Origin: Gemmatimonas sp.
GTDB taxonomy: Bacteria > Gemmatimonadota > Gemmatimonadetes > Gemmatimonadales > Gemmatimonadaceae
Assembly (NCBI GenBank): GCA_031414535.1
Contig: JANNVQ010000040.1
Span: forward strand, 32,001 to 96,000
Reading direction: 5' to 3'
DNA length: 64,000 bases
Below the pieces are notes generated by a model that saw only the letters and a program-made list of their open reading frames with translations, was not told the origin of the DNA and made no database searches. Below are positions 49,882-61,264 of this stretch, one piece after another. Each line of letters opens with the position of its first letter. Position 1 is the stretch's first letter. The position numbers and the translations under genes were made by a program.

Positions 49882-51042
49882 ATGCCAAAGCCGAAGAAGC
49901 CAAGTCTCGCCACGCTCGCCATTCACGGCGCCCGTGACGCCCACGCCCACGCCCACGGCGACGCCGTCGTCGAGCCACTCGTCCAGAGCGTGAACCATCG
50001 GCAGCAGCCGGGCACGGCCGATGGCCTGCTCTACACGCGCTACGGCAACACCCCGAACGCGGCGCGCGTGCAAAAGCGCATCGCGCTGCTCGAAGGTGCC
50101 GAGTCGGCGCTGCTGCTCTCGAGCGGCATGGGGGCCACCGCCTGCGCGATGCTCGCCCTGCTCCGCCCCGGCGACCACCTGCTGTCCTCGCAGTACATCT
50201 ACGGTGGCACCTACCGCCTCTTCATGGAAGAGTTCGTGCGGATGGGGATTGACGTGCAACTCGTCGATCCTTGGGAGCCGCGCGTCTGGCGCAAGAACAT
50301 CAGGAAAGAGACTCGCGCCATCTTCCTCGAGACGCCGGTGAATCCGACATGCCGCGTGCTCGATTTGCGCCCCATCTCTTTCCTCACGCGCAACTCCGGC
50401 ATCGCGCTCGTGGTCGATTCGACCTTCGCGAGTCCCATCAACTTCCGACCGCTGGAGCACGGCGCCGACGTCGTCATTCACTCGGCCACCAAGTACCTAA
50501 ACGGCCATCACGACGTCCTCATGGGCGTGGTCTGCGGCAGCGAACCGTACATTGAAGAAGTGCTGCAGAAGGAAATGCTCTGGGGTCAGACACCGGACCC
50601 CTTTGCGTGCTGGTTGCTGGAGCGCGGCCTGAAGACACTCGACGTGCGCGTGAAGCGCGCCAACGAGACGGCGCAGAAAATCGCGCAGTGGGCCGAGAAG
50701 CGGAAGGAAGTGGTGCAGGTGCACTACCCTGGCCTCAAGTCGCATCCCGATCACGACGTCGCCAAGGACATGCTCGATGGCTACGGCGGTATGCTCGCGC
50801 TGGAACTGAAAGGCGGCGGCAAGGCCGCGGACCGCTTCCTCAAAAAGCTCGAGGTCATCACGCACGCGCCCTCGCTGGGCGGCGTGGATTCCCTCGTCTG
50901 CGAGCCTCGCTACACCTCACACGCCAAGATGACGTCGGCGCAGCGGGCTGCCATCGGCATCCCTGATGGCTTCCTGCGCTTCAGCATCGGGCTCGAGTCT
51001 GCCGATGATCTCATCGCGGATCTCGAGCAGGCGCTCAAATAA
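49882..51042 (+). CDS. PLP-dependent trans-sulfuration enzyme (cystathionine gamma-synthase/Met gamma-lyase family)
   Basis: YTRYGN.P, SSGM, ETPVNP, SATKYLNGH, SLGG. Confidence 0.92.
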   Translation: MPKPKKPSLATLAIHGARDAHAHAHGDAVVEPLVQSVNHRQQPGTADGLLYTRYGNTPNAARVQKRIALLEGAESALLLSSGMGATACAMLALLRPGDHLLSSQYIYGGTYRLFMEEFVRMGIDVQLVDPWEPRVWRKNIRKETRAIFLETPVNPTCRVLDLRPISFLTRNSGIALVVDSTFASPINFRPLEHGADVVIHSATKYLNGHHDVLMGVVCGSEPYIEEVLQKEMLWGQTPDPFACWLLERGLKTLDVRVKRANETAQKIAQWAEKRKEVVQVHYPGLKSHPDHDVAKDMLDGYGGMLALELKGGGKAADRFLKKLEVITHAPSLGGVDSLVCEPRYTSHAKMTSAQRAAIGIPDGFLRFSIGLESADDLIADLEQALK

Positions 51043-51045
51043 GAG

Positions 51046-51728
<683 letters not shown>

Positions 51729-51732
<4 letters not shown>

Positions 51733-52577
51733 AGCTTGCCTTCCGTGAAGCCATTCGTGCATTCAATCGCGCGCCGATGCTGAGCATGCTCTCGGTGACG
51801 ACCATCGCGTTCTCGCTGTTCGCCTTCGGATTGTTTGGGCTCGTGGCGCTCAACCTGCGCAACGCCCTCCAGCAGGTTGAGGACCGCGTGGAGGTCCGAG
51901 GATTCATCTCAGCCGGCACGTCCCCCGAAGCCGTGAGCGCGGCCGTGGACGATGTGGCCCTGTTCCCGGAAGTAGGCAGCGTGAAGCTGGTCACAGAGGC
52001 GCAAGCGCTCGAGCGTGCGCGGCGTGAGCTCCGCGAGTTCACCGATGTGTTTGAAGAGGGCTTGTTGCCAGCGAGCATCGAAGTCCGCATGAAGCCGGGC
52101 CTCCGCGACCCGGAGACGGTGCGCACCGTGGCCAAACGTTTGGAGAACTACGACTTCATTGATGACGTGCGCTTTGGCGAGGAGTGGGTGGAGAATCTCC
52201 ACCGTCTCCGCAACATCGCCACCGGCGCGGGTTTGGCACTGGGCGTCACGTTCGCGCTCGTGGCCATCATCATCATTGGCTCCACCATCCGCATGGCCGT
52301 GCTCGCGCGCAGCCGCGAGATTGCCATTATGCGGCTCGTTGGCGCGACGGACGGCTTCATTCGACTTCCCTTCCTTATTGAAGGGGCCATCAAGGGCACG
52401 CTGGGCGGTCTGCTGGCGCTCGTGCTCACCTGGATCGCCGTCGTCGTATCAGGACGATGGGTATTGCAGGTGCAGTTCTTCGAGACCTCGCTCATGTTCG
52501 CGGGGATTCTTGCGGGCGCAGGCATCGGCCTGCTCGGCAGCGCGCTCTCCGTCGGGCGCCACTTGAAGAAGGTTTGA
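51729..52577 (+). CDS. ftsX: Cell division permease FtsX
   Basis: REIAIMRLVGAT..FIRLPFLIEG. Confidence 0.92.
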
Positions 52578-52580
52578 CGG

Positions 52581-53849
52581 ATGACGGATGACGGACGATG
52601 GAAGTCGAGCATTTGGAATATCCGGCGTGCGGCCGCGCTCGTGGTCGTGTCCTTGTGGCTTCCGTCCTCCGTCCCGCAGTCGGTGAGCGCGCAACAGCGC
52701 CCCGCCCTACCGCCCTCCGCCGCGCAGTCCGCCGAGAACATTCGGCGCGAGCAACTGGAACTTGAGCGCTTGCGGCAGGAGCGCCGCCAGCTTGAAGCGC
52801 GGATGCGGGACTATCAGCGCAGCGCGCAAAACGTCTCGCAGGAGCGCCAGAACCTTGAACGTCAGGCGCAGGCCACCGCGCGCGTGGTCCGGTCGCTCGA
52901 CAACCAACTGGGCACGCTCTACCTGGAAGTGGACAACGTGAACGGCTCGCTTGTCCGCACCCAAGACGAGTTGATGATCAAGCGCGCCATCCTCACGCAT
53001 CGCGTGCAGGAGATTTACAAGCGTGGTCCCTTGTACTCGCTGGAGGCCTTGCTCTCGGCTGAGAGCTTCGGCTCGCTGGTGGCGCGCTATAAGTATCTCC
53101 ATCTCGTCGCCCAGCGCGACCGCACGCTGCTGGCGCGAGTGGAGCAACTCAACGCACAGATCAACTCGCAGCGCTCACTCCTCGTGCGCCTGCAGAGTGA
53201 TGTGGAGAGCAACCGCCGTGAGAAGGCGGAAGAAGAGGCGCGTCTGCGCCGTCTTGAATTACAGCGCGGTCGGACGCTCGCGCAGATCGAAGCTCAGCAA
53301 CGCACGGCCCAAGCGCGCCTCCAACAAATTGCGCGCGACGAACAGCGCCTGACCAACGTGATCACGGCACTCGAGGAATCGCGCCGCCGTGCCGACGCCG
53401 CCGCTGCGCGCACGGGTGCCGCCCCACGGGCCAGCAGCATCACCACCGCCGACCTCGGCCGCCTTGACTGGCCCGTGGAGGGCAATGTGGTGTACCGCTA
53501 CGGTCGCGTGGTGAACCCCAACAACACGTCCATTACGTGGAACGGAATGGGCATCGGTGCGGCAGCCGGAACGCCGGTTAAGGTCATTGCGGATGGTGAA
53601 GTCGTGTTCGCCGAGCAGGCGGGCACCTACGGCCTGACGATGATTGTGCAACATGGCGGTGGCGCGTACACGATGTACGCCTCACTGCAAGAGATTCACG
53701 CGCGCCGCGGTTCTCGCGTGACCAAGGGGCAGACGATCGGGACCGTAGGACAAGCCGATCCCGATCTTTCGCCGAGACTGCACTTTGAGATTCGCCCCAA
53801 CGGCGGGCGGGCAGTGGATCCGTTAGAGTGGCTGCGCCGCCAGCGTTAG
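52581..53849 (+). CDS. envC: Murein hydrolase activator EnvC (coiled coil plus degenerate M23); start uncertain
   Basis: Coiled coil; WPVEG, WNG replacing HxxxD, LHFEIR. Confidence 0.88.
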   Translation: MTDDGRWKSSIWNIRRAAALVVVSLWLPSSVPQSVSAQQRPALPPSAAQSAENIRREQLELERLRQERRQLEARMRDYQRSAQNVSQERQNLERQAQATARVVRSLDNQLGTLYLEVDNVNGSLVRTQDELMIKRAILTHRVQEIYKRGPLYSLEALLSAESFGSLVARYKYLHLVAQRDRTLLARVEQLNAQINSQRSLLVRLQSDVESNRREKAEEEARLRRLELQRGRTLAQIEAQQRTAQARLQQIARDEQRLTNVITALEESRRRADAAAARTGAAPRASSITTADLGRLDWPVEGNVVYRYGRVVNPNNTSITWNGMGIGAAAGTPVKVIADGEVVFAEQAGTYGLTMIVQHGGGAYTMYASLQEIHARRGSRVTKGQTIGTVGQADPDLSPRLHFEIRPNGGRAVDPLEWLRRQR

Positions 53850-54304
53850 CGCAGGGCGCTTCCAGCCGCGACCGTAATGTTGACCGGGAAGGGACCGAAG
53901 TCCTCGTGGTTCTCCTCGATGTGCAAAAGCGAGAATGACACTGAGCGCACGCCCGCCGTGGTGCCGGTCAGGGTGCCGGCAAACGGGCCGGTGCGCGCGA
54001 AGGTGATGCCAGAACCCGGTGTGACGTTCACCTGAAAGTCAGCCTCGCGCTCCACGAGCGCGTTGGCCATCGCGGCGTCGAGGAACTGCACGCTCACAGC
54101 CGTCGCCACGCCGGAGTTAATGGTAATGCTACCCGTCACCGCTCCGGTTGAGTTCACGGTGATCTGCTGGGCTCCAGCCGTGATTCGCATGAAGTCCACT
54201 TCCACCTCTTGCACGCCGTCGTCCTTACAACCGGCCACACCGAGGGACAGTGCGACAAGCGCGAGTGCGGCAAAGCGGCGGGTAGAGCTGACAGTCTTCA
54301 ACAT
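53846..54304 (-). CDS. Lipoprotein co-transcribed with TonB receptor, possible metal binder
   Basis: Lipobox VAGC; HIEENHEDF. Confidence 0.75.
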   Translation of the reverse strand: MLKTVSSTRRFAALALVALSLGVAGCKDDGVQEVEVDFMRITAGAQQITVNSTGAVTGSITINSGVATAVSVQFLDAAMANALVEREADFQVNVTPGSGITFARTGPFAGTLTGTTAGVRSVSFSLLHIEENHEDFGPFPVNITVAAGSALR

Positions 54305-54367
54305 CGTACAGGATTCTCCTCGTGGAAGTAGTGTGTGCGCGGCCTCTGCCGCGCGGGTGGTGAACAG

Positions 54368-56638
54368 CTAGAATTGCACCCGGTAGAGCAGGACGACGTT
54401 GCGCCCTGCCTCGGGGATGATCTCCTTGGTCCGTGAGAGGTGCTCACGGATCTCGGAGTTGAGTAGGTTGTCCACGCGTAGCGTGAAGCTGTGCAGTCGC
54501 TGGCCAAGCACGAGGCGCCAGCCGAGGTGTGCATCGAGTGTGGCGTACCCCGCTGTCTCCGTCTCGAAATCCCCAATCAGACGTTGCGCCGCCGACATGC
54601 GAATCCCGCCGCCGTAGGACCACACAGGCGTCTCATGGCGGAGACCCACGCGCCCGTTGAGCGGTGGCATAAGGGGCAAGAAGCGCGACTCAATGCGGTT
54701 CGGCTCGCCATTCAAGCCAGGAATGGTGTCGCGATTCCCGCTGATGCTGCCACGCACGTAGCTTACCGTGCTCTCGAGGACGAGATGGTCGACGAGCGTC
54801 ACCTCCATCTCGCCCTCTGCACCAATGAGGACCGCGTCCTCATTGGTGAACTGAAACTTCCAGCGCTCGCCAACGCGTCCAAGCTCGCCAGTGTTGCGTG
54901 GGAACAGATAACCGTTCATTTGATTCGCAAAGGCGGCAACTTCAGCCCGCACACGGCTCCGCTGCACTCGCACGAAGACATCCGCACCCAATCCAGTCTC
55001 CTGCGAGTTGCGTGGATTGCCAACGTCGTACGAGTAGGCCGCGAGGTGCGGGCCATCGGAGTACAGCTCGTTGAAGTCCGGCGTACGGAAGGAGCGGCTG
55101 ACGCTCGCGCCCAGCCGCAGGCCATTTCGCGCCGTGTAGATGGTACCCAGCGATGCGCTCAGTGAACCGAAAGTTCGCGCCACGGTCGGCAAGGTGTCAT
55201 TGCCCACCACGATGTTGCGCGGATCAAGTGGGATAAATCGCGCGAAGTCGTAGCGAAGCCCCGCCTGCGCACGCCAAGGTCCCGCCCCAAACTCCTCCAC
55301 CATGAATGCGGCCGCCGACCAATCCGCCGTCGGCGTGGCGCGGATGGCGCCCGAAGGATTGATGTCGCGGTACTGCGCCCGAAAGCCAAGCACCCCTCCT
55401 TCGGCGGGCCCCGCGTGCGCGTGCCGCGCCACAACCTCGAGCACGGACATCAACTGGTCGAAGCTCGTCGCCACGTTTCCGCTGGCCGTCACCTCGTCGT
55501 GGTTGTAGGCCGTAAACGTCGCCGTGGCCTTCACGCTTTCAAATCGCCCACTCGCCGGATGCCAGTCGGTCTCGCTACGAACCGTGTGTCGTTGCATGCG
55601 GATATTCACGCCGCCGGGATGCGCACCCACGAAGCCGCCAGGAATCCCATACTCGTTGCCGTAATAACGATACGAGAGTCCGCTGTATCCCCAATCGCCA
55701 ACCTTGGAGACGCCGAGCGCCGCGCCGGCGGATGTAACTCCGGTGTTGCCGAGACGCCCCGCGGGCGTGCGGAGGTCTCCGGCCAAGCGCCCGCTTCCTT
55801 CAGCGCGCACGGAGAAACCCAGTACCGGCAGCTCCACGTATCCACCAAGCGTGCCACCATCATTCACTGAGCTCGCCTGCGCACTCATCTCTCCGTGAAC
55901 ATGTTGCGTGGCCACGGCCGGCACTTCTTGACGAATGACATTGACCACGCCGCCAAGCGCACTGGATCCGTAGAGCAATGACATCGGCCCACGAACGACT
56001 TCTACCTTCTGTGCCGTGAGCGCATCCACCGCCACCGCGTGGTCCATGGACGTACTGGAGAGATCTCCCGGCCGTTGGCCATCTTCGAGCACGATGACGC
56101 GGTCGCCACTTAAGCCTCGAATGACGGGACGCGCCGTGGCCGGACCCATCGACGCCATCGAGACGCCAGGCGTTCCGCGGATGGTGGAGCCTAAGGTGCC
56201 ATCCAGTGCACGGTCGAGCTTGGCATCGGACAACACATTGGTCGCCGTGATGGCGTCCACTGCATTGCGCTCCGACACCTGACCCGTGACTACCGTGGCG
56301 CTCAGCTGCAGCGGCGAAGGACGCATAGCGACCCGCAACGAATCCATCCCCACGCGCACCACCAACTGCTGGGATTGAGACTGATACCCGATGCGTTGCA
56401 CGGTCAGCTGATAGGAACCCGGAAGCACGGCGCCAAGCGAGAAGGTGCCGTCCTCGTGCGCCCTCACCTCACGATGCAATTCAACGAGGCGCACTAACGC
56501 GGCAGGCAGGGGAGCGCCGGTGGACGCGTCATTCACGCGTCCCACGACAATCGCCGCTTGGGCCCTGAGGCTTGAGCTATTCACGGCGAGCACGACGGCA
56601 ACGAGCGCCGCACGCTTCGCGATGGCGGAACGAATCAT
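54368..56638 (-). CDS. TonB-dependent receptor (ZnuD-like metal uptake)
   Basis: N-terminal CarboxypepD_reg-like; RPVIRG, DHAV, EVVRGP plug; C-terminal Phe. Confidence 0.9.
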   Translation of the reverse strand: MIRSAIAKRAALVAVVLAVNSSSLRAQAAIVVGRVNDASTGAPLPAALVRLVELHREVRAHEDGTFSLGAVLPGSYQLTVQRIGYQSQSQQLVVRVGMDSLRVAMRPSPLQLSATVVTGQVSERNAVDAITATNVLSDAKLDRALDGTLGSTIRGTPGVSMASMGPATARPVIRGLSGDRVIVLEDGQRPGDLSSTSMDHAVAVDALTAQKVEVVRGPMSLLYGSSALGGVVNVIRQEVPAVATQHVHGEMSAQASSVNDGGTLGGYVELPVLGFSVRAEGSGRLAGDLRTPAGRLGNTGVTSAGAALGVSKVGDWGYSGLSYRYYGNEYGIPGGFVGAHPGGVNIRMQRHTVRSETDWHPASGRFESVKATATFTAYNHDEVTASGNVATSFDQLMSVLEVVARHAHAGPAEGGVLGFRAQYRDINPSGAIRATPTADWSAAAFMVEEFGAGPWRAQAGLRYDFARFIPLDPRNIVVGNDTLPTVARTFGSLSASLGTIYTARNGLRLGASVSRSFRTPDFNELYSDGPHLAAYSYDVGNPRNSQETGLGADVFVRVQRSRVRAEVAAFANQMNGYLFPRNTGELGRVGERWKFQFTNEDAVLIGAEGEMEVTLVDHLVLESTVSYVRGSISGNRDTIPGLNGEPNRIESRFLPLMPPLNGRVGLRHETPVWSYGGGIRMSAAQRLIGDFETETAGYATLDAHLGWRLVLGQRLHSFTLRVDNLLNSEIREHLSRTKEIIPEAGRNVVLLYRVQF

Positions 56639-56720
56639 TGACTGACCTGAAAATGGATGGGACGCCGAGGGCATCCCGAGGACAAGAAGGCGCGGCCGAT
56701 TGGCCTGCGCCGCAGTCAAC

Positions 56721-57080
56721 TCAACCGAGCGGCGGGGCTCGGGAGGACCGTCCGTCCAAGAAGTGCATCTCAAGCGGAGCCACACCGCGCACTCCGGTCG
56801 CTGGCGCGCCGGCGTCGGCGATGCGGGGAATCTCGATTGATGCCGGTGCCGCAACCGCGCGTAGCCCGTGAGCCAGCTGGCAGATGTCGCAAGCATCGCC
56901 ATGGGAGTCGGGGCAATGCCCACCATCCGCGTCCTCGATGTGCAACACCACCTGCTGCCCGTGATCCACGAAGCCGTCGGCCACTGGAGCGCCAGCCACA
57001 AGGCCCACGTAAAACAAAAACCAGAGCCCCGAAAGCACGCGCCAAACCACGCCCCGACCCTTTGGGGCCGAGCGGCGCAT
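56721..57080 (-). CDS. DUF2946-like leader peptide with CxxC and C-terminal RAPP (start 57080 or 57107)
   Basis: TM segment, H-rich HCPDSHGDACDIC, SRAPPLG-stop directly upstream of the TBDR. Confidence 0.8.
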   Translation of the reverse strand: MRRSAPKGRGVVWRVLSGLWFLFYVGLVAGAPVADGFVDHGQQVVLHIEDADGGHCPDSHGDACDICQLAHGLRAVAAPASIEIPRIADAGAPATGVRGVAPLEMHFLDGRSSRAPPLG

Positions 57081-57234
57081 TGGGCTCACTGGGGACAGAA
57101 GCGACATGACAGAATCAGTAGTTGGGAAGATCCTTCTTTTCAACCCCAAGCGACGCAACGGGTTCCCCTTCAAGGGGTTAGGGGTCCTCCAAGAATCCCC
57201 CAACAGCAGACGGACCCGCTAGATTTCCTCTCCT

Positions 57235-59493
57235 ATGAAGCGAGAGGACGCCCTCGAGTACCACGCGCGCGGACGACCCGGCAAAATTGCCGTCGTGCCG
57301 ACCAAGCCGCTGACCAATCAGCGCGATTTGGGGCTCGCCTACTCGCCTGGCGTGGCCGAGCCCTGCCTCGAGATTAAGAACAACCCCGAGGATGCGTACA
57401 AGTACACCGCCAAGGGTAATCTCGTCGCCGTCGTCACCAACGGCACCGCCGTGCTCGGACTCGGCAACATTGGCGCCCTCGCCGGCAAGCCAGTGATGGA
57501 AGGCAAGGGCAACCTCTTCAAGCAGTTCGCTGACATCGATGTGTTCGATCTCGAGATTGGCTCCGAGGATCCGGACGATGTCATCAAGTTCTGCCAGCTC
57601 CTTGAGCCCACCGTGGGCGGCATCAATCTCGAGGACATCAAGGCACCGGACTGTTTTTACATCGAAGAGACGCTGCGCCGGACGCTCAAGATTCCGGTCT
57701 TTCATGATGACCAACACGGCACGGCCATCATCTCCGGCGCGGCACTGCTCAACGCCCTCGAGGTGAGCGGCAAGGACATCACCCAGGTGAAGGTCACGTT
57801 CTCCGGCGCCGGTGCGGCGGCCATTTCCACGGCCGAGCACTACGTCCGCCTCGGCGTGAAGCGCGAGCACATTCTGATGTGCGACCGCAAGGGCGTCATC
57901 TACGAAGGCCGCGTCGAGGACATGGATCCGTACAAGGCACGCTTCGCCAACGTGACGAGCAAGCGCACAATCGCCGACGCGCTCGATGGCGCTGATGTGT
58001 TTGTGGGACTCTCGGTGGCGGGAGCCGTGAGCGGTGCGATGGTGGCCAAGATGGCGAAAGCGCCCATCATCTTCGCGCTGGCGAATCCCGTGCCTGAGAT
58101 CTCGCCTGACGAAGTACGCTCGGTGCGCAGCGATGCCATCATCGCCACCGGACGTTCCGATTATCCGAACCAGGTCAACAACGTCCTTGGCTTTCCCTTC
58201 ATCTTCCGTGGCGCGCTCGACGCCCGCGCCACAACCATCAACGAAGAGATGAAGATGGCAGCCACGCGCGCGCTCGCGCAGTTGGCCAAGGACGATGTGC
58301 CAGAGAGCGTGAGCGCGCTCTACGGCCTGAGCAACGTGAAGTTCGGGCCAGAGTACCTCATTCCCTTCCCCTTCGACCCCCGCGCACTACTCACGGTGGC
58401 CCCGGCGGTGGCATGGGCAGCCGTGGCAAGCGGCGTCGCGAAGGATTTTATTGATCTCGACGAATATCGCAATCAGCTCGAGAACCGGCTTGGCCGCGCT
58501 CGCGGCGTGATGCGTGGGTTGGTTACGCGCGCGTCTCGTGAACCCAAGCGCGTGGTATTCCCAGAGGGCGAAGATCCCAAAATCATTCGCGCCGCGCGCA
58601 TCCTCTCGGATGACGGCATCGCGCACCCCATTTTGCTCGGCCGCAAAGATCGCGTGACCGCAACGGCCGAAGAATTGGGCGTGTCGCTCGACAGCATCCA
58701 GGTTGAGGAACCCGGCCTGAGCGCGCAACGCGAGCGCTACGCGGACTACCTCTGGCAGCGCCGCCAGCGCAAAGGCCTCTCGCTCACCGAAGCCGGCCAG
58801 CGCGTCGCGCGAGCCACGACCTTTGGCTCGGTGATGGTGGCCCTTGGCGACGCCGATGCGCTCGTCGGTGGAGTGGGCAAGCACTATCCCGAGACCATTC
58901 GCCCGGCGCTCGAAGTCATTGGCGCGGACCCGCGCCACGGCATCGTCAGCGGCCTGTATATGCTGGTGTTCGAGAAGCACATCGTCTTCTTCGGCGACAC
59001 CACGGTGAACATCGAACCGACGTCGGAGCAGCTCGCGCAGATTGCCTGGTCCGCTGCGTCGTTGGCACGCACGTTTGGCATCTCGCCAAAGATTGCGATG
59101 CTCTCGTTCTCCAACTTCGGTTCGGTCAAGCATCCAGAGTCGGAGAAGGTAGCCCAAGCGGTGCGGATGCTGCGCCTTCGCGACCCATCGCTCGTGGTAG
59201 ACGGCGAGATGCAGGCCGATACCGCATTCAGCGCCGACATTCTCTCGGCGCGCTACCCGTTCTCGGCGCTCAAGGAAGCCGCGAACGTTTTGATTTTCCC
59301 CAACCTCAGCGCGGGGAACATCGCGTATAAATTGCTTACACAGCTGGGCGGGGCCACGGCGATTGGCCCCATCCTCGTTGGCATGCAACACCCTGTGCAC
59401 GTTTTGGAACAGGGCGCCGACGTGCAGGAGATCGTCAACATGGCCGCCGTTGCAGTGATTGATGCGCAGCAACGCTCCCGTCCCACCACCTGA
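57235..59493 (+). CDS. maeB: NADP-dependent malic enzyme with PTA domain
   Basis: [21 protein letters not shown]-terminal PTA-like DGEMQAD. Confidence 0.96.
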   Translation: MKREDALEYHARGRPGKIAVVPTKPLTNQRDLGLAYSPGVAEPCLEIKNNPEDAYKYTAKGNLVAVVTNGTAVLGLGNIGALAGKPVMEGKGNLFKQFADIDVFDLEIGSEDPDDVIKFCQLLEPTVGGINLEDIKAPDCFYIEETLRRTLKIPVFHDDQHGTAIISGAALLNALEVSGKDITQVKVTFSGAGAAAISTAEHYVRLGVKREHILMCDRKGVIYEGRVEDMDPYKARFANVTSKRTIADALDGADVFVGLSVAGAVSGAMVAKMAKAPIIFALANPVPEISPDEVRSVRSDAIIATGRSDYPNQVNNVLGFPFIFRGALDARATTINEEMKMAATRALAQLAKDDVPESVSALYGLSNVKFGPEYLIPFPFDPRALLTVAPAVAWAAVASGVAKDFIDLDEYRNQLENRLGRARGVMRGLVTRASREPKRVVFPEGEDPKIIRAARILSDDGIAHPILLGRKDRVTATAEELGVSLDSIQVEEPGLSAQRERYADYLWQRRQRKGLSLTEAGQRVARATTFGSVMVALGDADALVGGVGKHYPETIRPALEVIGADPRHGIVSGLYMLVFEKHIVFFGDTTVNIEPTSEQLAQIAWSAASLARTFGISPKIAMLSFSNFGSVKHPESEKVAQAVRMLRLRDPSLVVDGEMQADTAFSADILSARYPFSALKEAANVLIFPNLSAGNIAYKLLTQLGGATAIGPILVGMQHPVHVLEQGADVQEIVNMAAVAVIDAQQRSRPTT

Positions 59494-59500
59494 CTTTCCC

Positions 59501-61114
59501 ATGACCACTGCCAACACTGCCCCCTCGCGCGAGAGCAGCACCGGACTCGGCGCCCAGGGTTTGAACCCCTCCGGCACGCTTCGCTGGAACCTCGAAGCAC
59601 CCGAACTCGTGCAGGCCGCAATCCTCAAGGGCGAAGGCGAACTCGCCCACATGGGGCCCTTCGTCGCCGTCACCAAGCCCCACACCGGTCGCTCACCCAA
59701 CGACAAGTTCGTCGTGAAGGAGCCGAGCACCGAGAAGGACGTGGATTGGGGCAAAGTGAACCAGCCCCTCACGGAAGCGCACTTTGAGATTTTGCTCGCC
59801 GATGTGAAGGCCTATCTCAACGGGCAGAGCGAGCTCTTTGTGCAGGATCTGTACTGCGGCGCCGACGCGGCCTACCGCCTCTCCTGCCGCTACGTGACGC
59901 CCAATGCCTGGCACGCCAACTTCGTCCGGAACATGTTCATTCGTCCGGACGTCGCGGAACTCGCGAACTTCGCACCGAACTTCGCTATTCTGCACGCACC
60001 GGAGTTTCAGGCTGATCCGGCCAAGCACGGGACGCGTACGGGCACCTTCATCGTACTGAATCTGGCCAAGCGCACCATTCTCATCGGCGGCACGCGCTAC
60101 GCGGGCGAGCTCAAGAAGTCGATGTTCACGGTGATGAACTACCTGCTGCCCAAGCAGGGCGTGCTGTCCATGCACTGCTCGGCGAACATCGGCAAGGATG
60201 GCGACACCGCGCTGTTCTTCGGTCTCTCGGGTACCGGCAAGACCACGCTCTCAGCGGACCCCGAGCGCGGCCTGATTGGCGACGACGAGCACGGCTGGAG
60301 CGAGCACGGCGTGTTCAACTTCGAAGGCGGCTGCTACGCCAAGGTTATCAACCTCTCCAAGGAACACGAGCCCGACATCTACGCCACCACCCAGATGTTT
60401 GGTACGGTCCTCGAGAACGTGGTGCTGGAGCCAGGCACCAAGCGCGTGGACTTCGCCTCGCAGGCAATTACCGAGAACACGCGCGCCTCGTATCCCCTGC
60501 ACTACATCCGCAATCACGTGCCCAGCGGCCGCGGCAATCATCCGCAGCACGTGGTGTTCCTGACGGCTGATGCTTTTGGCGTACTACCGCCGATTGCCAA
60601 GCTCACGCCCGAGCAGGCGATGTATTACTTCCTCTCGGGCTACACGGCCAAGCTGGCCGGCACCGAGCGCGGCGTGACCGAACCGCAGGCCACCTTCTCG
60701 GCCTGCTTCGGCGCGGTGTTCCTCGTGTGGCACCCCACCAAGTACGCCGAGATGCTCGGCGAACTACTCAAGAAGCACAAGGCGCAGGTGTGGCTGGTGA
60801 ATACCGGATGGAGCGGCGGCGCCTACGGGGTTGGCTCGCGAATGAAGCTCCCGTACACGCGTGCCATGGTACGCGCTGCGCTCTCGGGCGACCTCGAGCA
60901 GGCTGATACAGTGAAGGATCCGATCTTCGGATTGCATCTTCCTGTCCACGTGGATGGCGTGCCGAACGAAGTTCTCAACCCGCGCAATACGTGGAAAGAC
61001 AGCGCGGCGTATGACGCGCAGGCCAAGAAGCTCGCCGGGATGTTTTTTGAGAACATCAAGAAGTTCGGTGAGGCGGTGTCGGCGGAAATTCTGGCGGCTG
61101 GGCCGAAGGGATAA
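59501..61114 (+). CDS. pckA: Phosphoenolpyruvate carboxykinase (ATP)
   Basis: GLSGTGKTTLS, LIGDDEHGW, NFEGGCYAK. Confidence 0.97.
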   Translation: MTTANTAPSRESSTGLGAQGLNPSGTLRWNLEAPELVQAAILKGEGELAHMGPFVAVTKPHTGRSPNDKFVVKEPSTEKDVDWGKVNQPLTEAHFEILLADVKAYLNGQSELFVQDLYCGADAAYRLSCRYVTPNAWHANFVRNMFIRPDVAELANFAPNFAILHAPEFQADPAKHGTRTGTFIVLNLAKRTILIGGTRYAGELKKSMFTVMNYLLPKQGVLSMHCSANIGKDGDTALFFGLSGTGKTTLSADPERGLIGDDEHGWSEHGVFNFEGGCYAKVINLSKEHEPDIYATTQMFGTVLENVVLEPGTKRVDFASQAITENTRASYPLHYIRNHVPSGRGNHPQHVVFLTADAFGVLPPIAKLTPEQAMYYFLSGYTAKLAGTERGVTEPQATFSACFGAVFLVWHPTKYAEMLGELLKKHKAQVWLVNTGWSGGAYGVGSRMKLPYTRAMVRAALSGDLEQADTVKDPIFGLHLPVHVDGVPNEVLNPRNTWKDSAAYDAQAKKLAGMFFENIKKFGEAVSAEILAAGPKG

Positions 61115-61117
61115 CGG

Positions 61118-61182
61118 GACGGAAGACGGATGACGGAAGAAGGGGCGGGATTTGGCTGATGTTCGCCAGTCTCGCCCCTTTC
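61118..61182. terminator. GACGGAW x3 array followed by hairpin between convergent pckA and fic
   Basis: GACGGAA GACGGAT GACGGAA; AAGGGGCGGGA...TCTCGCCCCTT. Confidence 0.6.
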
Positions 61183-61264
61183 GTTCTCGGTGAAGTTGCA
61201 CGATTGTCGCTGCACTTTCGCCAGGCGTTCTATCCGCGCTCAACGCAGGCTGCAGCCAGATGCC

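Noticed and set aside
56639..57001. 877-aa long form of the TonB receptor
   Set aside because: Signal peptide begins at Met 56638; the extension overlaps the RAPP leader in another frame
58387..59772. 461-aa antisense ORF, and similar long shadow ORFs opposite mfd, lepA and pilT
   Set aside because: Typical GC-rich antisense open frames; no motifs
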